A DNA stretch of 34,409 nt from Schizochytrium sp. TIO01 (taxonomy: Eukaryota; Protista; Bigyra: Labyrinthulomycetes). The first letter of the stretch is position 1. Every line of letters starts with the position of its first letter. Made by a program: the position numbers and the translations under genes. Shown here in pieces: positions 24,330 through 34,409 of this stretch. Where the stretch lies: positions 1-34,409 of the forward strand of contig SMSO01000020.1 of assembly GCA_004764695.1 (NCBI GenBank), written 5' to 3'. The notes beneath the pieces are model-generated. The model saw only the letters and a program-made list of their open reading frames with translations, did not search any database and was not told the origin of the DNA.

Positions 24330-24406
24330 GTGTTAACTTACTCTAAAATTGTAGCACCATTCTGAAGCTGTTCAAGGGCAGCGACAAGACTTGGGTTGTC
24401 CGACAT
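19049..24406 (-). CDS. 14-exon gene for a 469-aa protein with 12 RI-like/NLR-type 28-aa leucine-rich repeats (one LRR per exon) and a ~111-aa C-terminal region of unknown function
   Basis: Exon 1 is 24406-24342 (MSDNPSLVAALEQLQNGATIL). The 84-nt exons are 23985-23902, 23600-23517, 23215-23132, 22830-22747, 22452-22369, 22074-21991, 21689-21606, 21304-21221, 20926-20843, 20541-20458, 20151-20068 and 19766-19683. The last exon is 19385-19049. All 13 introns start GTAAGT, end in CAG or TAG and are phase 2. The spliced CDS is 1410 nt with no internal stop. Repeat consensus xLxxNxIGxEGAKAVxAALKENRSLTSL. Confidence 0.92.
19620..24230. repeat. Tandem array of 12 exon+intron units (378-390 bp, mode 385)
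   Basis: Exon-to-exon spacings are 385, 390, 385, 378, 385, 385, 378, 378, 385, 385, 385; introns are nearly identical to one another. Confidence 0.97.
24255..24328. repeat. (GCAA)n microsatellite inside intron 1 of the LRR gene
   Basis: About 18 perfect copies, ending just inside the intron 1 donor region. Confidence 0.95.
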
Positions 24407-25959
24407 CGCAGCAAGTAAAGATCTATACCTGAACCAGCGTACGCGTGCTTATATCCCTTCAGCTAAGCTCGTGGCGCAGCCCCAGTCGTTGCAGAAGGTT
24501 TCGAACCTGCTGGACGTAAAGCTGCAAGTCGATGACAGAGGTGCGCCCATGGTCTGACTTACTGAGTTACTATGGTTCTCCTTAAGAAGGAGATACTCTT
24601 TAGTGCTCTCGAAGTGAAAGGATATTTTACTATTACGAACCTAACCTTGCCTACTCAGCCTCGGGTTCTGCATGTGCTGACCCCTTTCTTTCTCGCTCTT
24701 TCAAGACTATTCCTATTTCCTAAAGCCTACTCCTAGAATATCTTCTGCAGGGATGCTTGCTGCAGAGGTTCCACTACCACTCTCTCCTAATACTATCTAT
24801 CTTGCACCTAAGTCGTCAAAAAAGTAAGTAAGTGACTATAAATTCATCATGCACCCTCTCTTCAACACATTCGATCATACCACGCGGGTAACACCTCATC
24901 TCATTCGCACTGAGAAGTAAAGTCGCGTAGGGCCGGGTCAGTAGTATGATAGGGGACTGCATGCGAAGCCCCGGTGTTGAATGTTTTTTTCCTCCTTTTT
25001 TTTTTTCTCTTTATTTTTTTCCCCTTTCGAACAACTAAAAAACAGGCAACATCATTGTGCAGAGTCTAAACCTCCTTGAACGCATGCTAATGATATACGT
25101 CATTGAGCTTGTTCACTCGTGGAAGCTGCAGTACTTATTTTCATCGACGAAATCACTTGTACGCAGGGCAAAGTTTGCATTCCGATCACCATTTTGTATG
25201 GAGATCGACTAGAGTGACAATGAGGTGGCCGCAGACGCTTCTTTAAGATGCAAAGAACTTTCTTTGCATTCTGCAATTTTATGGCAAATTAGGGTGAGGC
25301 GTTCACCAAGAGATAGCGTAGATAGAGGAATGAAGGAAAAGAATGGTTAGCATTAACATTCAGGAACTGCTGACAAGGTCCATCTTGTCCAGGTCTAGGG
25401 AGTGGGATTGTGACCATTCTACTTATAGATACACCTATGCGCGCGCTAGTTATGCACAAGCATAACCTTTCTCGTTCAAGTTCATCAAATACTTTCAGGA
25501 GAAATTGGTGTTTACACAATATATTTTTTGGTTGTTGCTGTGTTCTCATGGCAGAAAGAAATACAACCAAAGAAGGCAAATAAAGCTGTAATATGGAGGA
25601 TGGAGCAGACATACCTATGTACATACTTAGCTGTTATACTTCAATTAATTGTCAAGACAACACTGCACTTGCTTCCCTGCTCCTGAGCTTTGAGAGGTAT
25701 AGAAAGCTAGCGATTTAAGGGTTCTACCTGCCCAAGACAAATGAAGAAAGTTTGATCATTTCCGAATTTCGTTCCTCCTTTGTTTGTTCTCAGGAAAGGA
25801 ATAGGATTATTCCTCCACACTTTCCATTTAGAGACGTAGTAGTACTTCTCCAAAGTACTACTGCATATTTACTACTATGATAGTACCTACTTAATATATC
25901 CTAGTACTTGTCAGATTTTTATAAAAATTAAAAGAGTTTTCAAAAACTCTGAAAAAGAA

Positions 25960-26030
25960 AGCGTCAGCCGGGAATCGAACCCGGGGCAGCCGCATGGCAA
26001 ACAGCTATTTTACCACTAAACCACTGACGC
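25960..26030 (-). tRNA. tRNA-Gly (GCC)
   Basis: Minus strand GCGTCAGTGGTTTAGTGGTAAAATAGCTGTTTGCCATGCGGCTGCCCCGGGTTCGATTCCCGGCTGACGC: acceptor stem GCGTCAG/CTGACGC, anticodon loop TTGCCAT, T-loop TTCGATT, and a downstream T-run terminator. Confidence 0.95.
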
Positions 26031-26345
26031 ATCTGGACAGATATCACTTTTTGACAGTGATGAACAATATATACATTATATTTTAATATAAACTTTACAA
26101 AGGTAAGTTAGAGTATTAGGTACTTACTGTATACTTAATGTATATGTGAAGAAGGGAGATGAGATATTTGATCATAAAGTGAGTCAAATTCGCCAAGTAA
26201 TCAACGTGACCAGTGTCAAGAGTAACTTTAGTTGGAATAACTTTGCAGTATTGGTTTGATGGGTTCTCAAAGAGGCTTTCCCTGTCTTCAGAAAAAACAC
26301 AAACAAAATTAGAGTAGATATACTTTAGGTTTAAATGTTTTCTGT

Positions 26346-29300
26346 TTAGGATGAAGAGTCAATGTCACACACGTCAGAGATGATTTCATCAGAAATTGAC
26401 ATCAGACCATCTGCATCTGCTTGAACTTGGAGGTCCTCGACCGATCCAAATGCTGCGGCCTTGACTCCGTTTCCTATGCGCACAAAAACCAGATATACGT
26501 CATCATCGGTTCCAAGAATCCCGTCAGCACCCTTACGTAAATCTGCAGCTGCCTTCTTGGCACACGTTTTGGGGTTCTTCGGGTATCCGTTAGCCTTGCA
26601 ATCGGTATTTTTGGTGGGATTTCCATCTGTAAGAATAATTGCGACCCTTCGATCAAGCCCAGAACGAATTTCAGTGTTCGCAAAGATTTTCTGTGCCCTG
26701 ATTAGCGCACCGCCAGTACCAGTGCCAGAGCTCACTCTGGGTACTGTATCCATGGTAGTTTGAAACAGACTTTGTGAAGTAGCAATCGTCGAATCAAAAT
26801 CCCACAAAGTAGTCACACTACTGGCAAAACGAACAGCTGCCAGGCGAGAGTCCGAGCTAGTAGAACCGACCTGAAACGCGCTTCCGAGAGCCTGGATAAA
26901 CTCCGTTAACTGGGCCCATTCTGTACTGCTCACGGAACCAGAAGAGTCTAAAATGAACAATACATCATTGACCTTTGGGCCACACGGGATGACAGAAAAC
27001 CCATATGAATTGAGTGTTGGTGCCGCAGTGGGTGCTATGGTGCCGTCATCAGAAGTTGAAGAAGAGTCTTCAGTGGGAGAGGAGGTAGGAGATGCGGTTG
27101 GAGTACACCCTGCCGTAAGACCAGTGATGAAATCAGCAGTTGTAGATTTTTTCTTGCCAGCGCTCTTACGAAGAGAACAAATTTCTTTACTTGCTTGATA
27201 TACCCAAGCTACACAACTAGAAGTACTGTAACAAATCTCTGCGCACTCTTCTACGGAGGCGATGTTACCTGTCTTAAGGAGAGACGCTCCGTTGTACATG
27301 TAGAATTGTGAGTAGCAAGAACTTGGCGAAGGGCAAACAAAAGTGCCTGCGATTGATTTCTTGTTTTTCTTCAGCTTAAAAGTTCCAGATTTGAGCAAGC
27401 ATACCTTGCTCTTTGAGTTCCACGAATAGCCCGTACATTGATCTACGCCGATACAAAGCTCACGGCAAGCATCAATACTCTCGACCGCTTTTTCAGTGGA
27501 CAGTGTTTCACCACCGGACAGTTGAGCTTGGGTGATATCACATCTTGCAAGCGTTGGAGCTGAAGTTGGAGAATTCGTGTCAGTCTCCGATACTCGCACT
27601 TCTGTAGGTGCATCAGTGGGCGAAGGAGTTGTTGGAGCATTTGTAGGTGCATCAGTGGGCGAAGGAGTTGTTGGAGCATTCGTAGGTGCGTCAGTGGGTG
27701 AAGGTGTTGTTGGAGCATTTGTAGGTGCATCAGTGGGCGAAGGAGTTGTTGGAGCATTCGTAGGTGCATCAGTGGGCGAAGGAGTTGTTGGAGCATTCGT
27801 AGGTGCATCAGTGGGCGAAGGAGTTGTTGGAGCATTCGTAGGTGCATCAGTGGGCGAAGGAGTTGTGGGAGCATTCGTAGGTGCGTCGGTGGGTGAAGGA
27901 GTTGTTGGAGCATTTGTAGGTGCATCAGTAGGCGAAGGAGTTGTTGGAGCATTCGTAGGTGCATCAGTGGGCGAAGGAGTTGTTGGGGCATTTGTAGGTG
28001 CATTCGTAGGCGAAGGAGTTGTTGGTGCATTCGTAGGTGCATCAGTGGGCGAAGGAGTTGTGGGAGCATTCGTAGGTGCGTCAGTGGGTGAAGGAGTTGT
28101 TGGAGCATTTGTAGGTGCATCAGTAGGCGAAGGAGTTGTTGGAGCATTTGTAGGTGCATTCGTAGGCGAAGGAGTTGTTGGTGCATTCGTAAAATAGCGA
28201 GCCCGTCCGAAGTTAAAGGCAAATGTCATCGTGTTATAAGTCTCCCCGTTCCACACCCAGTATACATCTGTATCAGTCAGACCCTCAGCTGGTAGACCCC
28301 AGACACCGTTGCCATTTTGAGTATAGACTAAATCTTTTGAAGATGCATCTGTGAGGGTTGGTTCGATGTACCACTCTAAAGAATCAGGGTCCGCATTCAT
28401 TACTGTGGACCCGTTCGTTACATATCGTGTTCCACATGCATCAATCACAGCTTGAAAACCTCCAACAGAACCCACATCTTTACATTCGAATTCAAGATGT
28501 GTGTTGTCAGTCAAATTGATAGTCTTCGTGAATGTGTTTTCCCATTCTGTGATGTCCCATTCTCCTGTACGATCGCTCGCCAATTCTACAAATAAACTGT
28601 CGTCAGACAATTCGTATTGTCGAAATTGCAGATAATTGTCACACCGAGCCTCAATTGTTGCAGAGGTGCACTCCTCGCTAGGACATTCCAAATTGAACCC
28701 AAATGTCATGGTATTGAGGTTATTGTCATTCCAAACCCAAAATGTATCTTCATCTTTGAGTCCGCTGCCAGTACTTCCCCACTTACCAGCGCCCATAGCC
28801 GTATAGACAAGGGTTGAAGATGAGGAGTCAGACTTGTCAGGGTTGATGAACCATTCGTATGGGCTTGGGTCACTTTCAAGAGTAACACTTTCATCCGTGA
28901 TAAACCTGTATCCGCAAGCTTCAATTTCCGCCACAAAGCCTCCGACATCGGAAATATCTTTGCATTCGAATTCTAAATGGGTCTTACCAGAAAGATCGAC
29001 AACTGTAGTGAACGTCTCTTGCCAGTTCTCCAAATCCCAATCACCAGTGCGATCGCTAGGCTCTTCGACATAAGCGTCATCCGTCAATTCGTATTGGCGG
29101 AACTGAAGCTTATTGTCACATCTAACTCTGATTGTAGCATTATTGCAGTTGCAGAGATCAGCATTGTATGAACCACTTGTAAAAAGCTTGGTTGGGCTTT
29201 GGGTCGGGGATGCGGTAGGTTCTGGCGTGGGTTTTGCTGTCGGTTTTGATGTGGGACTGTGCTTTTGCCCCCAATAAAGTACCCTTCGATCTCCCACTGC

Positions 29301-29489
29301 ATCATCGCTTTCTACGGGAATATTCGCAGCCAAAGTAAAGAGTTTGCGGCTATCTGTTGTAGCTTCGATCTCAGACTCCGCTGCCAAGTCATGAACAACG
29401 CTTCCAGCAGGTTTTGCAGCTTTTGCCATGTAAATTATGGCTACGAGGGCTACAAGAGCAGGGGCAAACCATCTGTGAGGGTTCCGCAT
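26346..29489 (-). CDS. Secreted/surface adhesin-like protein: signal peptide, two ~155-aa duplicated domains, Thr/Pro mucin stalk, two PAN/Apple-like domains, C-terminal vWA domain
   Basis: Uninterrupted ORF (track gives 26346-29588 from a TTG; likely ATG at 29489, MRNPHRWFAPALVALVAIIYMAKA). PAN-like CRELCIGVDQCTGYSW..CLLK and CAEICYSTSSCVAWVY..CSLR. vWA DVLFILDSSGSV (DxSxS MIDAS) and IILTDG. Confidence 0.88.
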   Translation of the reverse strand: MRNPHRWFAPALVALVAIIYMAKAAKPAGSVVHDLAAESEIEATTDSRKLFTLAANIPVESDDAVGDRRVLYWGQKHSPTSKPTAKPTPEPTASPTQSPTKLFTSGSYNADLCNCNNATIRVRCDNKLQFRQYELTDDAYVEEPSDRTGDWDLENWQETFTTVVDLSGKTHLEFECKDISDVGGFVAEIEACGYRFITDESVTLESDPSPYEWFINPDKSDSSSSTLVYTAMGAGKWGSTGSGLKDEDTFWVWNDNNLNTMTFGFNLECPSEECTSATIEARCDNYLQFRQYELSDDSLFVELASDRTGEWDITEWENTFTKTINLTDNTHLEFECKDVGSVGGFQAVIDACGTRYVTNGSTVMNADPDSLEWYIEPTLTDASSKDLVYTQNGNGVWGLPAEGLTDTDVYWVWNGETYNTMTFAFNFGRARYFTNAPTTPSPTNAPTNAPTTPSPTDAPTNAPTTPSPTDAPTNAPTTPSPTDAPTNAPTTPSPTNAPTNAPTTPSPTDAPTNAPTTPSPTDAPTNAPTTPSPTDAPTNAPTTPSPTDAPTNAPTTPSPTDAPTNAPTTPSPTDAPTNAPTTPSPTDAPTNAPTTPSPTDAPTNAPTTPSPTDAPTNAPTTPSPTDAPTEVRVSETDTNSPTSAPTLARCDITQAQLSGGETLSTEKAVESIDACRELCIGVDQCTGYSWNSKSKVCLLKSGTFKLKKNKKSIAGTFVCPSPSSCYSQFYMYNGASLLKTGNIASVEECAEICYSTSSCVAWVYQASKEICSLRKSAGKKKSTTADFITGLTAGCTPTASPTSSPTEDSSSTSDDGTIAPTAAPTLNSYGFSVIPCGPKVNDVLFILDSSGSVSSTEWAQLTEFIQALGSAFQVGSTSSDSRLAAVRFASSVTTLWDFDSTIATSQSLFQTTMDTVPRVSSGTGTGGALIRAQKIFANTEIRSGLDRRVAIILTDGNPTKNTDCKANGYPKNPKTCAKKAAADLRKGADGILGTDDDVYLVFVRIGNGVKAAAFGSVEDLQVQADADGLMSISDEIISDVCDIDSSS
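27603..28191 (-). repeat. About 15 in-frame 39-bp repeats (TNAPTTPSPTDAP), mucin-like stalk
   Basis: Seen directly in DNA and translation. Confidence 0.95.
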
Positions 29490-31246
29490 GATTCGTAACT
29501 CTCGATGGAATGATCTCCTTTTCAGATTTGCTTGATGGATCGATCTCCTTTTCGGATTTGCTGGCACAATCTGGGCGCCGTATTTCAAGCACGTAAGGTG
29601 GAACTAATCTCAAAGATGAAAGTAACTAATTTATGAAAGGCTTAGAATGGGACACCAACACAAAATGTGAGAATCAACTTGTCCAGCTTCTTGATGAACC
29701 GCAGTGCAGGCTCCGCGCTCATGGATATTTCGGAATTTTTTTTTTAAAAAATCACTATTTTTAAAAAGTAGAAAGAGGTTTTTTAATTTAAAAGGGAAAC
29801 ATATGACTGGGTGATATTCGCTCTGATATTTCTGACTAAGGCGACGGAGCAACAATTAACAACGCAACTGAAAGAGGAGATGCGTGTCCATGAGCTTGTT
29901 TTGGAAGGACATTCCGCGCAAGAAACAGAAAAGGCGGCGATTGATAGACTCAGACTGTTTGTTAACAGTATAGACCAGATTTAATGACTTTTTTGAGGAG
30001 TTTTCAAAGTGTTGCATGACCCATCTAATCCTGTTACCTCTTCTCAAATGGAGTAATTTTTATTTCAATAACGGATTTTTTACATTTAATTTAATTTTTT
30101 TTAAGGAAGATAATAAGAACAGTGATAGAAAAACATGTAGAAATCACCATACAGCAGGAAAGTGGATCCTTGTGAGACAATTGTGAGAATAGGGCAAGCT
30201 GAGGTTTTTTGGCGCGAGGAAAAAAAGTGACTAACTTCACCCAAAATATCTTCTTTGTGACATGTGACAAGTTCAAGTTGTATGAATCCTGAAGTTGAGG
30301 GTTCCTAGTCAAGGAATTAGGAACCTCCAAACAGGATACCATTGAACCAGCATGCACCCACGACTTGAGTGTATAATCACCACTCATTGAGTATACTATG
30401 AGAGGCGTTATTGAACATTTTTGCTTACTTTTGAAAACCTTCTAAAAGTATACTATCGCTTTCATTGCCAGTCTACCCAAAATCTATTTTTCTGTACCTG
30501 CTATGCAGCAAGAAGGCTCACATACCTCACAAAACCATCTCGTTTTTTTAAGAATCTCTTGGGCAAATAACATCGCTTTTAACTATGTTTTTGATGCAAC
30601 TATTCGCACACAAAGTCAAATCGTTTTAAAAGTCGCAAATCATTTCAAAAAATAAGCAATAACACTTTTGTTGCTTAAGAAACTATGAAATGTGCTTGGA
30701 GAATCTGTCCTAGTGGTTTTAGAATTGTGCAAAACACAGTATAATGATTTGTTCCAGCCGTAAGACACTGTTCAAGTCCTTTAATACGATTTCAACGTCT
30801 CTCTCTTGCAACCTATCAAAATTGAGTTTTTTGTTATGGATCTGCTCAAATATCAACATGAAATGTCACACCTCTCCATTCTTTTAGATATACCGACTTG
30901 ATGTAGCTTGCGCACATAGACCAAAGTAAAGGAAAGCTGAGCACTTTGCACTTCACAGCGCTGGTTTATGCAACTTCGGTATTTAAATTGAACGCTTTCA
31001 GTTATACAAGGTTTGGTCAAGCGTTCAGTCTTAGGGGAGAAAGGGGAGAACCCTCCTTTAAAAAGGGGCTCTCAGAAAATAGCGATGGTTGCTCTTGGCT
31101 ATCATTTAGAGCCTACTACATAACATCAGGATAGGCACTTTGGTTTGTTCACCAGCAATTAGTTCGAGGTTTTAGATTGCCGAAAGTTACTTTACTTTTC
31201 AATATGATCCAAACGATTCAATACCAGCAATATTCTTCTAACTTAT

Positions 31247-31473
31247 TATTGAAGTAATATACAGCTACTGTCTAACCTAACCTAACCTAACCTAACCAAG
31301 CCCTCATGTCCGACACATCCTGTGTACCGGACTGACATCATACATTCATTCCTGCCTGTATCCAGACCTGAAACCCCAATAACTCATATATCATCCTCTT
31401 TCTCTTTTTCCTGAGTTCGTCATCCTTGTCAGACTACCTCTCCACGCTTCACAGCTCAGGCTACTCTGCAATA
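31247..31473 (+). mobile_element. Solo LTR of the same copia family (227 bp)
   Basis: TATTGAAGTAATATACAGC...CTACTCTGCAATA flanked by the 5-bp TSD CTTAT (31242-31246 and 31474-31478); 30 nt longer than the LTRs of the full element. Confidence 0.96.
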
Positions 31474-34409
31474 CTTATGTTGGGAAAGGGCGACTTTGTT
31501 GCCAAAGAGGTATCGAGAGCTAAAATGGACTTGAATCGACCAAATCTAGATGGGTTCCATTCATCCAGCACTGCAACATGGACTCTGAGCAGCTATCTTC
31601 GCTTATTCATGGGCATTCATGAGCAGGATTATTTTCATCCAAGTCCCAAAGGGAAGGTTCAGTAGATGATTCCCTCTAGCTCCAGGTTCAATAAAGCAGC
31701 CATTCCACTGGTTTCTGGAGAATGGATTCAATGCAGCGATTTGAGGTGCATCGTTACATCGGCTAGTGCATTGTCCACAACATTGATATGTGGATGTTAA
31801 ACAGAAGTGATGTGCTCGTGAATTATCGAGCATTAGCATACCAGTGTTGCAGGTGGCAGGCGTCGTCAATAGGCCTGTCTTCCAATGATCACGAACTTCG
31901 GGAAAAAATAAAAACAATTAGGTAGAAGTGCCATAGGTAGTACTAATAGCACTGCTTTCTTTTAAGGCAAGTATGATACTGGATAACACAGTAAATTAAA
32001 AATTTCCTTTCTTCCTCCGCGCCTCCCCGCAGTACCTCTAGTACAGCATCATCTACCAGGAGGGCCGAGGAAAGAAATTTGAAGTATTCACCAATCTTTC
32101 ACGAGATACCCCATTCCGTCACTACTAGGACCTGTTCATTAGCTTGGAAGAGAAGACTCACGTTTAAGGGTAGCGGGTTTTCACCAGCCAGAGCGATTGA
32201 TCCTTTTACTTCGGTAAAACTAAAGTTAAAACAAATGAGAACGTGCTATCGATGAAATCTATCTCATTAGTACCAAACTTTGCTGGACAATTGATGGATC
32301 TCCAACAAGTACTGCATTTGACCTACAAAAAGTTATAGTAAGGAAGATGGGCCAATTGCCAAAATAATTATTTATATATGTATGTATGCATAAGACCCGC
32401 TATCGATGACACAAAATTGATGAATAGACGACAATCAGAATAAATGTGCCTGCTTTCTATAAAGGCAGTTATAGCTATAAACAGTTTCCACTGGTATTTT
32501 CTCTAATTGATTAATTCAGAATTGATTGTCTCTGTTCACTATCACTGGTCTATTCCATGTCTCTGAAGTTTTGCATAGTAAGTTCATGCTTGGATGCAAA
32601 AGTTTCTTGCAAGAAAATAAACTAAGAAAAGTCAGATACACTGGGAAAAAATGCTCATCCTCCCTGCAGTCTCACTATCCCGTAGTAACCAAACATAGGT
32701 TTATTTGCAATCGAGGTTTAACTTGGATCAACTACTAGAGGTCAATTCCTGAGCAGCCAGCGGTCGACTGGGACGATGAAGACAAGGAACTTAGAAAGCC
32801 TGGTAAGGCTTAAGAACGCATTGTATACTTAGGCGTGTAGAGTTACTAGTCTGCTTATCTCGAAGATGAAAACCCATGTGGTGGGTTGTTTTCATATTCT
32901 AATTAAGAGACGAAGAAAGGCCTCATCTGTATTTACGCAGATCTCAAAGGGTCGGGTTTGTTGATTTCCTCAACCAACAATTTACGTTGTCCTCATAAAT
33001 CTCTTGATCATCATTGAAGAAATATACATCCTTGCAAACTCCGTGCAATGTCTAGTCAAGTTCGGTTCGATCAAGATAGACACTCTTTCTTCGTATTAGG
33101 AAAGCTATGGCGTCAGAAATGAGATATTGATACGAATATCTCAAGCACTACAACTGCAATCTTTCTCTTGCCGTATTACCGATACATCAAGCATAAGACA
33201 AGACCCCAAGCCTCGTGTCATTAGCCTATAATGAAAATTATGTTAAGGATCCGTTTTGCTGCAGGTTGACGTGTAATTTGATTAGAATAAAGATTGTTTT
33301 TTTCTCCGTCATTCTGGCAGATTATTGCTCATACGTAAACATTCCTTGGACGTACCCCCTCTCCTCTTTGATAGAGTCCTTATCACTATGGCTGTGTAGG
33401 AGTCTTCCTGAAAACTAGATAGCTTCTAACCAACTGTCATTTGGGCTAGCTTATTGAGCGGTTCGATCTTGAACAACTCTCTCTCTCTCCCCCTCTCTCT
33501 CGTCCCTACATACTCCTTGAAAGTTACTAGTTCTCGGAAAAGACCATGGCTGTTCTTGAGTAAAATATATATCCTCAGCTAAAAGCCTTTTTTCAAAGCA
33601 TCTTGGATTTGACATGAGAATTACACTCCATCTTGAATCTTTTCTTAGCCAAAATAGTGCTCTCAAAACGTCCATAAATACGAGAAGTCTCTCTACAACG
33701 CCTACTAGCTTCTCGTTGCCCTCATCAAGAGCTTAGAGAACCACTTTACGCTTCAGACACAACGATACTACGGCTGCCTGACAGACCATACTTTTCGCAC
33801 ATGTACAGAACTGCTTTGTATCTTGACTGGCGTAATACTTTGGATATTCTTTCAGAGAGTGCGTAGAGTAAGAGAATTAACCACTACTTGAGTGAAACCC
33901 ACTTCTTTCGTAAGTATTATAATCTACTAGGTGTCGCTTTAGTCATAAACTTGAAGATCGGCAATGACGTTGTTCTTAGGGACGTAGTTCGTTGTGGAGT
34001 AGAGCAGTTGTATTCCTAGTTGTTTCTCTATGTTAAATATAGAACAACTTAATTGTACCTGGCCATCTCATATTATGAAATTACAAAGATGCAATCCCGT
34101 CTGCGATCTTCTTAGTGCGCATACTAATGACCGCGACCTTGCCCCACACATCTTGAGTCTAGATCGCATAATCCGCCAACATAATATAAATCATTCCGCG
34201 AGCCTTCTTTCTGGATTGAGTACAACATTGGAGTACTTTGAGAGGTATTTGTGAATCATAATCTTGGTTGATTCTAAATAGATTAGCAATTAACAATGTA
34301 AACTAGATACAGGCGGGGTCTTTTAAGTCACTCAGCTTCGGATACGTTGATAATTCTGTTTTTTCTACTATTTTTTTTCAAATAAATAAAATAGAAATTA
34401 ATTAGTTGC

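Noticed and set aside
19783-24365. Repeated ~90-aa plus-strand ORFs (MMASNTLHVTYY...) as a tandem small-protein family
   Set aside because: They are antisense to the LRR introns, shift frame between units, and are explained by the low-complexity intron sequence; the splice signals and LRR frame are on the minus strand.
24631-24792. Possible solo LTR (TATTA...TAATA) upstream of the LRR gene
   Set aside because: No matching 5-bp TSD and no clear alignment to the other LTRs.
26461-29613. Alternative-frame and antisense ORFs over the adhesin gene (likewise 15627-16038 over the copia repeat)
   Set aside because: By-products of in-frame tandem repeats and codon bias of the real ORF.
31480-31900. 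Minus-strand pseudogene fragment with Walker-B-like VAVLDEW
   Set aside because: Multiple stops, no Walker A and no family recognisable; needs a translated search.
29631-34409. Short ORFs in the right-hand region (also 11026-11412 and 25289-25624)
   Set aside because: No recognisable domains or consistent splice structure; treated as intergenic or decayed sequence.

Overview
Eukaryotic DNA, most likely from a thraustochytrid (the 18S reads as Aurantiochytrium-like by recognition, not database-checked) and probably subtelomeric. Left to right: tandem spacer repeats (~532 bp and ~420 bp units); one complete rDNA unit on the minus strand (18S-5.8S-28S); a very young Ty1/copia LTR retrotransposon with non-canonical TA...TA termini, CCTAA repeats in its LTRs and a half-tRNA primer site; a 4.7 kb array of ~385 bp repeats; tRNA-Gly(GCC); a large secreted mucin/PAN/vWA protein; and a solo LTR. 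The main finding is that the ~385 bp array is not a satellite. It is a 14-exon minus-strand gene, missed by the ORF track, in which each of 12 ribonuclease-inhibitor/NLR-type 28-aa leucine-rich repeats sits on its own 84-nt phase-2/phase-2 exon. The introns and LRR framework are homogenised, while the codons of the predicted ligand-binding face are hypervariable and appear shuffled. This is a candidate diversifying, immune-receptor-like LRR cassette system in a protist.
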